Assembly (NCBI GenBank): GCA_029881725.1 | Contig: JAOUMB010000006.1 | Location: 2,333 to 66,332, forward strand | DNA from: Nitrospirota bacterium | GTDB taxonomy: Bacteria; Nitrospirota; JACRHL01 | DNA length: 64,000 nt | Reading direction: 5' to 3' | Shown here: in pieces, positions 1 to 8,836 of the stretch | How positions within the stretch are numbered: the first letter of the stretch is position 1 | Layout: each line of letters opens with the position of its first letter | Position numbers and translations under genes: made by a program | The notes under the pieces: generated by a model | The model's database searches: none | What the model saw: the letters and a program-made list of their open reading frames with translations, nothing else | Told to the model about the DNA's origin: nothing

Positions 1-1
1 T

Positions 2-844
2 CCTGTGTCCCAAACCGGTTTCCAGCACAAAGTTCAATCGGGTGCAGGCATTTTCCACCGCCGGAACCCGTGGCTGCCCGCGCCGCAACACCAGGTTCTC
101 GATGTGGATCTCCACGGCCCCCACACATAGTTTAACCGAGCGCGGGAAGCCTTCGTCGTGCAGAAGAAAATTTATGATGTCGGCCCGCCGGTGCCCACGC
201 GGGCGCACCCAGCGGAAGGCATGATAGGCCGCCACCGAGCGCAGCAGGGCGTTCCAGCGCACGGTGTTCACCGCGTCCCGGTCCTCCTCGAGCAGATCGC
301 ACCCCAGATACAGCACGCGGGTGGTCTGGTCGGCGCGTTCGATGTATTTGCCCATGGAATAGAAGTGCCAGGCCGGGCCCCGGAAAAAGGTGCCCTCGGC
401 GATGCCTTCGAAGGTCTGGCAGGCTTCCTTCATCTCCTTGCACAGCCGGGAGATGTTGGTGGGCCAGATGTCGCGCTGGGTGAGTTGGGCCACGCGGGTG
501 TGGAAGGTGTTGAGCTGGGTCCACATTTCGGTGCTGATCAGGTGGCGGATGGAACGGGCGTTCTCGCGCGCCATGCTCACGGTGCTGGTGAGGGAGCCGG
601 GGTTGTGCGGGTCCAGCACGTAAAAATGCAGGATGTCGTGCTCCCCCGGCTCGTCGTGCCGCTCGCGGAAGCGCTCGCCGTCGCCATAGATTTCCAGCAC
701 CCGGCCCCAGTCGGGCGCGCCGTGGGATTCGCGCGCGTAGGTTTCGTTGATGTCCAGAATGCGCGCAAGGTTGTCCACCCGCTCGATGTAGCGGCCGAGC
801 CAGAACACGTTCTGGGCGAAGCGTGCTAGCAGCGTGTTAGACAA
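2..844 (-). CDS. Alpha-E domain protein (DUF403); partial, runs off left edge
   Basis: Not in ORF track. Manual translation from TTG 844 gives LSNTLLARFAQNVFWLGRYIERVDNLARIL...MGKYIERADQTTRVL, the two ER motifs of alpha-E proteins. No stop before base 1. Start overlaps the stop of the ATP-grasp gene. Confidence 0.9.
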   Translation of the reverse strand, partial: MSNTLLARFAQNVFWLGRYIERVDNLARILDINETYARESHGAPDWGRVLEIYGDGERFRERHDEPGEHDILHFYVLDPHNPGSLTSTVSMARENARSIRHLISTEMWTQLNTFHTRVAQLTQRDIWPTNISRLCKEMKEACQTFEGIAEGTFFRGPAWHFYSMGKYIERADQTTRVLYLGCDLLEEDRDAVNTVRWNALLRSVAAYHAFRWVRPRGHRRADIINFLLHDEGFPRSVKLCVGAVEIHIENLVLRRGQPRVPAVENACTRLNFVLETGLGHR

Positions 845-2300
845 GGACCCAGGTATCCTTTGATCCGCCGCCCTGCGACGAGTTGACGATCAGCGAGCCG
901 CGCCGCAAGGCCACGCGGGTGAGGCCGCCGGGCAGCACCCAGGTGGATTCGCCGGTGACCGCGAAGGGGCGCAGGTCCACATGGCGCGGCTCCACCCCGG
1001 TGCGGGTGAGGGTGGGGCACACGGAAAGGTTCACCAGCGGCTGGCTGATGAAGTTGTCCGGGTCGGCCTTGAGCTTGCGGCGCAGGTCGGCCAGGGTGCG
1101 CTTGCTGGCCTGCGGGCCGATCACCACGCCGTAGCCGCCGGATTCGCCCACCGGCTTGGTGACCAGCTGGTCCAGGTGCTCCAGGGTATAGGCCAGCCCC
1201 TCCGCCTCGCGGCAGATGTGGGTGGGCACGTTGTGGAGAATGGGCTCCTCCGCCAGATAGTATTGAACGATGCGCGGCATGTAGGCATACACCGCCTTGT
1301 CGTCGGCCACCCCGGTGCCCACGGCGTTGGCCAGCGTCACGTTGCCCTTGCGGTAGGCCTCGAACAGGCCGGGCACGCCCAGGGCGCTGTCGGGGCGGAA
1401 GGCGGCGGGGTCCAGAAAGTCGTCGTCGATGCGGCGGTAGATCACGTGCACCGGTTCCAGCCCGCGGATGGTGCGCATGTAGACCTTGTCGCGCTCCACC
1501 ACCAGATCGCGCCCTTCCACCAGCGGCACGCCCATTTCGCGGGCCAGGAAGATGTGCTCGAAGTAGGCGCTGTTGTAGACCCCCGGCGACATGAGCGCGA
1601 TGGCCGGGTCGCTGATCCCTTCGGGGGCCACATCGGCCAATGCCTTGGCCAGTTGGCGGCCGTAGTCGTCCACGTCGGCGATGGAGATGCCTTCGGCCAG
1701 ATCGGGAAACGAGCGCATCATCAGGTGGCGGTTTTCGATCACGTAGGACACGCCGGACGGGGTGCGGGCGTTGTCTTCCAGCACCCGGAAATTGCCTTCG
1801 TCGTCGCGCACGATGTCGGTGCCGCAGATGTGGACGTAGGTGCCCCGCGCGGGGGTGAACCCCTGCATTTCGGCCCGGTAGTTGTGGTTGCCCAGCACCA
1901 GTTCGGCGGGGATCACGCCGTCCTTGATGATTTTCTGGTCGTGATAGATGTCGTGCAGAAACAGGTTGAGGGCGGCCACCCGCTGGATGACGCCGGTTTC
2001 GATGCGGTTCCAGTCGCTGGCCGGGAGCACGCGGGGGATCACGTCGAACGGCAGGGTGCGGTCGATGGATTTTTCGCCGGAATAGACGGTAAAGGTGATG
2101 CCCAGATCGAACAGTTCGCGCTCCGCCGAGCGGGCCCGGCGGCGCAGGGCGGGCAGGTCGAACCGGTTCAGGCGGTCGCGGATGGGGCGAACGCTGTCCG
2201 CCCCGCGCGGCCCGAACATTTCGCAATAGAAGTCCCCCGGGCTGTAGTCCGCAAACACCCCTCGGGGGGACGCGGTCGGATGGGTGCGGGGCGGGGCCAT
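837..2300 (-). CDS. Circularly permuted type 2 ATP-grasp protein (DUF404/DUF407)
   Basis: Motifs GITFTVY, VLEDNARTPSGVSYVIENR, NAVGTGVADDKAVY, RHVDLRPF, VNSSQGGGSKDTWVL. Start set at ATG 2300. Confidence 0.93.
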   Translation of the reverse strand: MAPPRTHPTASPRGVFADYSPGDFYCEMFGPRGADSVRPIRDRLNRFDLPALRRRARSAERELFDLGITFTVYSGEKSIDRTLPFDVIPRVLPASDWNRIETGVIQRVAALNLFLHDIYHDQKIIKDGVIPAELVLGNHNYRAEMQGFTPARGTYVHICGTDIVRDDEGNFRVLEDNARTPSGVSYVIENRHLMMRSFPDLAEGISIADVDDYGRQLAKALADVAPEGISDPAIALMSPGVYNSAYFEHIFLAREMGVPLVEGRDLVVERDKVYMRTIRGLEPVHVIYRRIDDDFLDPAAFRPDSALGVPGLFEAYRKGNVTLANAVGTGVADDKAVYAYMPRIVQYYLAEEPILHNVPTHICREAEGLAYTLEHLDQLVTKPVGESGGYGVVIGPQASKRTLADLRRKLKADPDNFISQPLVNLSVCPTLTRTGVEPRHVDLRPFAVTGESTWVLPGGLTRVALRRGSLIVNSSQGGGSKDTWVLV

Positions 2301-2490
2301 GGGGTAACTATAGATCAGTTCACCACCGGAAATACAGGGTGGCGGCGAAGGAATCGCACGGGCAGGAGGGATTGATTTACAGTGTGGGAGATTAGCGAAG
2401 CGATGGCTTGTAAAGCGGGTGGCGTGGGTGGTACCGTGCCGGTTCACGGGGCAATTGTTGTGCGCATTCGGGGGGGATAGGGGACTTGCT

Positions 2491-4020
2491 TTGCTTTCAC
2501 GGGTAATGAGCGGCGCGGTGCTGGGGCTGGATGCCTATCCGGTGGAGGTGGAGGTGGACATCGCCAACGGCCTGCCCGCGTTTTCCATCGTCGGCCTGCC
2601 GGATGCGGCGGTCAAGGAGAGCAAGGATCGGGTGCAGGCGGCGCTCAAGAACAGCGGCCTGCCGTTCCCGGTCAAGCGCATCACCGTGAACCTGGCCCCG
2701 GCGGACGTGCGCAAGGAGGGCTCCGCCTTCGACCTGCCCGCCGCGGTGGGCATTCTGGTGGCGGACGGCATCGTGCCGGAATCCGCCGCCGAAGGCATGA
2801 TGGTGGTGGGGGAACTGGCCCTCGACGGCCGCGTGAAGCCGGTGCGCGGGGCCCTGTCGCTGGCGATTCTGGCGGAAAAATCGGACAACGTGCGCGGTCT
2901 GGTGGTGCCCCGGGAAAACGGGCGCGAGGCGGCGGTGTGCGCGGGGGTGGCGGTGTATGGGGTGAGCTCGCTGGCGGAGTTGATCGCCTTCATGCGCGGC
3001 GACGCGGACGACCTGCGGGTGAAGCCCGACATCACCCCGCTGGCGGTAGCGCCGGGCACCGCGCCGGATTTTGCCGAGGTCACCGGTCAGGCGTTTGCCA
3101 AGCGGGCGCTGGAGGTGGCGGCGGCGGGCGGGCACAACGTGCTGATGGTGGGGCCGCCCGGCTCCGGCAAGAGCATGCTGGCGCGGCGCATGGCGGGCAT
3201 TCTGCCGCCGCTGGAACTGCCCGAGGCCATCGACGTGACCCGCGTGCACAGCGTGGCGGGGATGCTGTCCGGCGGGCAGGGGCTGGTGGGGGAGCGGCCC
3301 TACCGGGCGCCGCATCACACCATTTCGGACGTGGGGCTGATCGGCGGCGGCGCGGTGCCGCGTCCGGGGGAGGTGAGCCTGTCCAACCACGGGGTGCTGT
3401 TTCTGGACGAGTTGCCCGAGTTCCGCCGTCCCGCCCTGGAGGTGCTGCGCCAGCCGCTGGAGGACGGCACCGTGACCATCAGCCGCGCGGCGGCGTCCCT
3501 TTCGTATCCGGCGCGCTTCATTCTGGTGGCGGCCATGAACCCGTGCCCGTGCGGCTATCTGACCGATCCGTCCCGCGACTGCCGCTGCACCCCGCGCGAG
3601 GTGTCCCGGTACCGGGGGCGCATTTCCGGTCCGCTGCTGGACCGCATCGACCTGCACGTGGACGTGCCCGCCGTGCCGGTGGGCGAGCTGATGGGCCGGA
3701 CCCGCGAGGAGCCGTCGGAGGCCATCGCCAAGCGCGTGGCGGCGGCCCGCGAGCGCCAGCGGGCGCGGCTGGGTGGCGTGCGCCCCAACGCCACCATGGG
3801 CACCGAGGAGGTCAACCGCCACTGCGCCCTGGATGCGCGGGGCGAGGGGATTTTGCGGCAGGCGGTGGCGCGCCTGGGCCTTTCGGCGCGCGCCTTTCAC
3901 CGCACGTTGAAGGTGGCGCGCACCATTGCCGACCTGGAGGGGGCCGAAACGGTGGGCGCCGGTCACGTGGCCGAGGCCATCCAGTACCGGCAGCCGGATA
4001 CGGGCGTGCGCAGCGCCTAG
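2491..4020 (+). CDS. comM: ComM/YifB Mg-chelatase-like AAA+ ATPase
   Basis: GLPDAAVKESKDRV, ITVNLAPAD, Walker A GPPGSGKS, LFLDE, NPCPCG, SGPLLDRID. TTG start after a G-rich RBS. Confidence 0.92.
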   Translation: MLSRVMSGAVLGLDAYPVEVEVDIANGLPAFSIVGLPDAAVKESKDRVQAALKNSGLPFPVKRITVNLAPADVRKEGSAFDLPAAVGILVADGIVPESAAEGMMVVGELALDGRVKPVRGALSLAILAEKSDNVRGLVVPRENGREAAVCAGVAVYGVSSLAELIAFMRGDADDLRVKPDITPLAVAPGTAPDFAEVTGQAFAKRALEVAAAGGHNVLMVGPPGSGKSMLARRMAGILPPLELPEAIDVTRVHSVAGMLSGGQGLVGERPYRAPHHTISDVGLIGGGAVPRPGEVSLSNHGVLFLDELPEFRRPALEVLRQPLEDGTVTISRAAASLSYPARFILVAAMNPCPCGYLTDPSRDCRCTPREVSRYRGRISGPLLDRIDLHVDVPAVPVGELMGRTREEPSEAIAKRVAAARERQRARLGGVRPNATMGTEEVNRHCALDARGEGILRQAVARLGLSARAFHRTLKVARTIADLEGAETVGAGHVAEAIQYRQPDTGVRSA

Positions 4021-4024
4021 GGGA

Positions 4025-5320
4025 TCAGGCGTCGGCCCGCGCCTGCGCCCGCCCCTTCTCCACGTCCACCGTGAACAGCAGCAGGGCGCCGAGCACAAAA
4101 AAGCCGCCCACCGCCAGCAGCCCGGCGCGGCCCGTCCCGAGGGCGGCGGTGGCCGCCGCGAACACCAGCGGGCCCGCCACCGAGGCGGCCTTTTCGGCCA
4201 CCGCGAACAGGGAAAAGCACGCCGCCGAATGGGACGCCGGGATCAGGCTGGCGAACAGGGAGCGGGACAGGGCCTGGGTGCCCCCCTGCACCAGCCCCAC
4301 CAGCGCGGCCAGCATGTAGAAATGCGCGGCCGTCTGCATGCGGTTGCCGAGCACCGTGATGCACAGGTAGACGGCCAGCCCCATGAACAGGGCCGGGCGG
4401 GTGCCGATGCGCCCGGCCACCGCGCCGAACAGGAACGCACACGGGATGCCCACGAACTGCACCAGCACAATGGCGCCGATCATGGCGTTCGACGGCAGGC
4501 CGATCTCGGCCCCGTATACGGTGGCCATGCGGATCACGGTCACGATGCCGTCGTTGTAGACCAGAAATGCCAGCAGAAACAGCCCCGCCTGCGGATAGCG
4601 GCGCAGGATGCGCACGGTGTCGGCCAGATCGGTCAGGCCGGTGCGCAGGGCGTTGGCGGTGGTGGCGGCACGGGGGGCAATGGCCGGTTCCGGCACCCGG
4701 CGCAACAGGGGGATGGTGAACAGCAGCCACCACAGGGCCACGGCCACGAACACCGCGCGTGCCGCCGCATTGCCGTCCGCCAGTCCGAACGGTTGAGGGA
4801 AGGTGATGACCGCCAGCCCCCCCGCCAGGATCAGCCCGCCACCCAGATAGCCCAGGGCGTATCCGGCGGTGGATACCCGGTCCAGTTCATCGGGCCGGGC
4901 CACGTGGGGCAGCAGGGCGTCGTAGAAGACAAAACTGCCATAAGCCCCCAGGTTGCCCAGGGCGAACAGGGTCAACCCGGCCAGCCAGTCGCCGGGGCCG
5001 GGGGCGGAAAGCAGCAGGGTGGCGGTGGTCCCCAGCAGGACAAAGGCGGCCAGCAGCGATTTTTTAATGGGGTAGCGGTCGGCCAGGGTGCCCAGCAGCG
5101 GGGCGGTAAGCGCCACCGCCGCCAGGGCCAGGGCGGTGCCGGTGGCAAAATGGGCGGTGGCGGTGGAGGCCTCCATGCCGGTGGCCAGGGTTTTTTGAAA
5201 GTAGACCGGAAACACGGCGGTGATCACCACCGTGATGTAGGCGGAGTTGGCCCAGTCGTACAGGGCCCAGGCACGCAATTCCGGACGGCCGAGGCCGAGC
5301 CGCGCGAACAGCCGGTGCAA
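4025..5320 (-). CDS. MFS transporter, UMF1/Atg22-like
   Basis: WALYDWANSAY, FYDALLP, GGTQALSRSLFA; about 12 hydrophobic segments. Confidence 0.88.
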   Translation of the reverse strand: MHRLFARLGLGRPELRAWALYDWANSAYITVVITAVFPVYFQKTLATGMEASTATAHFATGTALALAAVALTAPLLGTLADRYPIKKSLLAAFVLLGTTATLLLSAPGPGDWLAGLTLFALGNLGAYGSFVFYDALLPHVARPDELDRVSTAGYALGYLGGGLILAGGLAVITFPQPFGLADGNAAARAVFVAVALWWLLFTIPLLRRVPEPAIAPRAATTANALRTGLTDLADTVRILRRYPQAGLFLLAFLVYNDGIVTVIRMATVYGAEIGLPSNAMIGAIVLVQFVGIPCAFLFGAVAGRIGTRPALFMGLAVYLCITVLGNRMQTAAHFYMLAALVGLVQGGTQALSRSLFASLIPASHSAACFSLFAVAEKAASVAGPLVFAAATAALGTGRAGLLAVGGFFVLGALLLFTVDVEKGRAQARADA

Positions 5321-5325
5321 GGCGG

Positions 5326-5778
5326 TTACCGCACCCGCAGCGTTTTGACCGTGAGGTTGCGCAAATGGGTTCCGGCCGCGACAAAGCCGATGGCGCCGGG
5401 GGTTTTGGCAACGTAGTTGACCACCAGGTCCGGGTTGGAAAAGCTGCGCGGCGGGCGGCGCCCGGAGGTCATGGCCTCGCGAATCCAGAAACTGGCGATG
5501 TCCTCCACCAGGGTGTTCAGGGTCGCTTTATAAAACGCCTCGCGGGTGCCGGTGGCCCCGGCCAGTTCCACCGGCACGATGCGGGTGCCGTCCGGCCACT
5601 CGGTCACGTCGCGGGTGAACATGCGTCCCAGTTCATCCAGCGCCACGGCATTCACCGGCACGTCCGGGTGGGCGATGACCAGGAACAGTTCGTCGGCCAG
5701 GGCGGTGCCGGGCATGATCAGCACGCCCAGCATCGCCAGGAGGGGAAAAAACACCAGCCCAATGTTTCGTGCACGCAT
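5326..5778 (-). CDS. Small exported periplasmic-binding-protein-like protein (PstS-like fold)
   Basis: Signal peptide ending ALA; VIAHPDV..LDELGRMF..WPDG and VVNYVAKTPGAIGFV motifs. Confidence 0.75.
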   Translation of the reverse strand: MRARNIGLVFFPLLAMLGVLIMPGTALADELFLVIAHPDVPVNAVALDELGRMFTRDVTEWPDGTRIVPVELAGATGTREAFYKATLNTLVEDIASFWIREAMTSGRRPPRSFSNPDLVVNYVAKTPGAIGFVAAGTHLRNLTVKTLRVR

Positions 5779-5787
5779 GGTGTTTTC

Positions 5788-6888
5788 CTAGAAAAACAGA
5801 GCCACGGAGGCCAGAAGTTGCTGCACGGTGGTGCCGGCGGGAACGTCGTAACGGGTGTTGTTTCCTTCCAGTTTGACGGTCATGTTCGGCTGCGGACGCC
5901 AGTTGATGCCGCCCGTGTGGCGAATGGGCATGCCGCCGTCGGTGCCAGTCACCAACCCCCGGTCCAGCCCCTCATACCGGTAGAACAGGCGCACCCCCTT
6001 GCTCACCCGCACCGCGGGCTGCACGTAAAACCCTTCCGGGCCGCTGGCGCCGTCCTGATGGACGTATTCGGCCAGCAGTTCCAGCAGGCGGGTGTTGATC
6101 TGCAATTCCAGGCCGGTGATGTCCACCGGCTGCGTCGGTGTTAATGGAGCGGGAGGCGGGTAATCGCGCAGGGTGTGGTGTCCGAAGAAGCTCAGGTCCA
6201 GCCGCCCGGTGGTGGAAAACAGGCCGCCCAGGTTCAGGGTCAGCTTGCCGCCGCCGCCCTTGTGGTCGCTGGTATCGGTGGCCGCGTGGCTGTCGCCGTT
6301 GGTCACCCACGTGGAATAGGTGGCGCCCACCTTGCCCACATAGGTGGCGCCGTGCAGCATCAGGCCGGTGGCGTCATCCGGAAACACTTTTTTAACCAGC
6401 AACGGCGGGGCGGTGCTCATGGTGACCGGGGCGAAATGGTGGGCGTTCCAGTATTCCGGGACCAGGAACTTGCCGCCGCGCACCTTGAAGGCGTCGTTGA
6501 CCTGATACTGGAACCAGGCGTATTCCAGGGCTACGGCGCCGGTGACATCGGGATTGGGCGTTCCCTCCTTGACGGTTACCCCGTCCTCGTACTCGATCTC
6601 GGACAGCACCTGCCAGCGGTCCCACTCCCGGCCCACGAACAGGTTGAAACTGTGCTGGCGGAAGGTGCTCCGGCCCGCGCCGGAGTCGGTGATGATGTCG
6701 AAGGAGTAGTAGCCGTTGATGCGCACGCCGCTGTTCGCGTCGTCGATTTTGTTCTGTTCCAGTTCCTCCCGCAGCTGCATGATCTCGGCGGCCAGGTCGT
6801 CCAGCCGGTCGGCCAGGGCCGGGGCGGGCAGCAGCAGGGGGGCCAGCAGGAGGGACAAAAGGCCCGGCAGACGGGAAGGACGGGTCAT
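5788..6888 (-). CDS. Putative outer-membrane porin/beta-barrel protein
   Basis: Signal peptide, short coiled coil, SEIEYED and LEYAWFQY..VRGGKFLVP motifs, alternating beta strands, C-terminal Phe. Confidence 0.75.
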   Translation of the reverse strand: MTRPSRLPGLLSLLLAPLLLPAPALADRLDDLAAEIMQLREELEQNKIDDANSGVRINGYYSFDIITDSGAGRSTFRQHSFNLFVGREWDRWQVLSEIEYEDGVTVKEGTPNPDVTGAVALEYAWFQYQVNDAFKVRGGKFLVPEYWNAHHFAPVTMSTAPPLLVKKVFPDDATGLMLHGATYVGKVGATYSTWVTNGDSHAATDTSDHKGGGGKLTLNLGGLFSTTGRLDLSFFGHHTLRDYPPPAPLTPTQPVDITGLELQINTRLLELLAEYVHQDGASGPEGFYVQPAVRVSKGVRLFYRYEGLDRGLVTGTDGGMPIRHTGGINWRPQPNMTVKLEGNNTRYDVPAGTTVQQLLASVALFF

Positions 6889-6962
6889 TGGACGGCTCCG
6901 GAAAAAGTCATGCGGCCCACCTTACGCAATCGGCAAAGCACAAATCAATAGCGGTTTCGGGT

Positions 6963-7370
6963 TCAGGGCAGGTGCCGTCCATCCCCCGGTTCCGGCAACC
7001 GGCAGGGGACGGGGGGCAGCCGGTGACGGCGGCGGGCCACGGCCCGGTAGGGCGGGTCGATCAGCCAGCGCGGCAGGCGGGCCGCGAGCGCCGCCAGCCG
7101 CCAGGGGCCGCCCAGCAATGCCGCTGCCTGCAACACGGCGCGGGCGTGGGTTTCGAGCACCACGCCGTGGGCCCCGTGGCGGGCCAGCACCAGGGAATCC
7201 GGGGGGAGGGGCGCGCCCAGCAGGGAGGCGGTGGGGCCGGACAGGGGGGCGAAGCGCAGGCGGTGCTGGCGGTCGCGCCCGTACAACCACCCGGCCCATC
7301 CCCGGCACCAGCCGCAATCCCCGTCGTACAGCACCACCGGTGGTCCGGGAAACAGGGGGGGTGTGTTCAT
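6963..7370 (-). CDS. DCC1-like thiol-disulfide oxidoreductase (DUF393)
   Basis: VVLYDGDCGWC (DxxCxxC), LRFAPL, YRAVARRR. ATG 7370 overlaps the GT4 stop. Confidence 0.85.
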   Translation of the reverse strand: MNTPPLFPGPPVVLYDGDCGWCRGWAGWLYGRDRQHRLRFAPLSGPTASLLGAPLPPDSLVLARHGAHGVVLETHARAVLQAAALLGGPWRLAALAARLPRWLIDPPYRAVARRRHRLPPVPCRLPEPGDGRHLP

Positions 7371-8416
7371 CCGGCGGGGGCCCCGGCCCGCAGCAGGAAC
7401 AAGCGGGCCACCCGGTGCCACTCGCGGGTGGCCGCGTGGCGGCGGGCGGCGCGCCCCATGCGTGCGCGCAGGGCGGGGGCCGTCAGCAGGCGGATCAGCG
7501 CCTCGGACAGGCGGTGCGGGTCGGTGGGGGGAACCAGCAGGCCGGTGGCGCCGTTGGCCACCACCTCCGGCGTGGCCCCCGCGTTGCCCGCGATCACCGG
7601 CAGGCCGGAGGCCATGGCCTCCAGAAAGGCGATGCCGAATCCCTCCTGCAGGCTGGGCAGGCAGAACACGGCCGCCCGCCGGTAGGCATCGCGCACAACC
7701 GCGTCCGGCACCTCGCCGGTAAACGTCACGCTTTCCAGCAAGCCCATGGCGCGGGCCTGTTCCCGCAGGCGGGGCAATTCCGGCCCACCTCCCACCACCC
7801 GCAGACGCACGCCGGGAACTACCCTGCGCACCCGGGTCAGGGCGGTCAGCAGGGTCGCGGTGTTCTTGCGCGGGTATTGGCGGGCCACGGTGAGAATCTC
7901 CGGCGGGGCGTCCCCGGAGGCGGGAAAGGGCTCCGGCAGGGACACCCCCTCGGGCACCACCGCCACCCGCCCCGGATCCAGGCCGTAGTTGCGGCAGGCG
8001 GCGCGGGCGCTGTACAGGCTGGGCACCAGCACCCGGTGCGCGCGGCGGGCGTTGCATGCCTCCAGCCTTCCCTGCACGGCCAGAGCGGCCCGGGCGATGC
8101 CCCGTTCGAAGCGGGCCTCGTCGCGGCACACGCCCTTGAGGGCCACCACATACCGCTGATTCGGCGCGGGGCGTACGGAAAAGCCGTCCCAGTCGAACCC
8201 CACCAGCAGGTCGAAGCGCCGCCCGGCCAAACGGGAGGGCAGTTCCAGGTTGTAGCGCAGACGGGAGATCAGTGTGGGCGGGCGCTCCGGGGCGCGCAGG
8301 TGGATGACCCGGTGCCCCAGATCCCTCAATCCCGCGCCCAGGCCGTCGATGGCGGCGGCGGTTCCGCTACCACGCGCGCGGCAACGGTGCCAGGAGTCGA
8401 GAAAGGCGATCTCCAA
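7367..8416 (-). CDS. Glycosyltransferase family 4
   Basis: R-x4-K (RQYPRKN) and EGFGIAFLEAMASGLPVI (E-x7-E). Confidence 0.9.
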   Translation of the reverse strand: MEIAFLDSWHRCRARGSGTAAAIDGLGAGLRDLGHRVIHLRAPERPPTLISRLRYNLELPSRLAGRRFDLLVGFDWDGFSVRPAPNQRYVVALKGVCRDEARFERGIARAALAVQGRLEACNARRAHRVLVPSLYSARAACRNYGLDPGRVAVVPEGVSLPEPFPASGDAPPEILTVARQYPRKNTATLLTALTRVRRVVPGVRLRVVGGGPELPRLREQARAMGLLESVTFTGEVPDAVVRDAYRRAAVFCLPSLQEGFGIAFLEAMASGLPVIAGNAGATPEVVANGATGLLVPPTDPHRLSEALIRLLTAPALRARMGRAARRHAATREWHRVARLFLLRAGAPAG

Positions 8417-8432
8417 ACCCGCCCCCGGCGCG

Positions 8433-8762
8433 TCACACCTGATGATCGGCCTTGGCGGCCAGGATAAAGTCGCTTTCGGTAAGGCCGTCCACCGCGTGGG
8501 TCCACACGGTGAGCACCACCTTGCCCCAGGTCAGGTAGATGTCCGGGTGGTGCCCCTCCGCCTCGGCCAGGGCGCCGATGCGGTTGACGAAGGCCAGCGC
8601 GCTCTTGAAATCGGGAAAGGTGTAGGTCTTTTCCAGCCGGTGCCCGGCCAGGACGCGCCAGCCGCCGCCCAGTTCCTGAAGCAGCATGCCGACGGTTTGC
8701 GCGTTCAGCGCGGGCACGCCGCCGGAACACGGGACGCATTTCTTTTCAGCCAGAGAGATCAT
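8433..8762 (-). CDS. phhB: Pterin-4a-carbinolamine dehydratase
   Basis: LAEKKCVPC, AEAEGHHPD, WTHAVDGLTESDFILAAK. RBS GGAG before ATG 8762. Confidence 0.92.
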   Translation of the reverse strand: MISLAEKKCVPCSGGVPALNAQTVGMLLQELGGGWRVLAGHRLEKTYTFPDFKSALAFVNRIGALAEAEGHHPDIYLTWGKVVLTVWTHAVDGLTESDFILAAKADHQV

Positions 8763-8836
8763 GGTTGCTCCTGTGCGGCAAGGGGGATTCGCTTCAAGCG
8801 TAGGCCCCCGCCCGCCGCTGGGCAACCTTTGTTTGG

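Noticed and set aside
158-829. 223-aa plus-strand ORF
   Set aside because: It is antisense to the alpha-E gene, which the ORF track missed.
2450-2466. Sigma54-like element upstream of the ATP-grasp gene (minus strand GCGCAC-N5-TTGC)
   Set aside because: It lacks the invariant GG at -24.
6963-8129. Apparent long N-terminal extensions (also at 16774, 23346, 29262, 32047, 45218, 51921)
   Set aside because: These are off-frame read-ins across the upstream gene; true starts overlap or follow the upstream stop.
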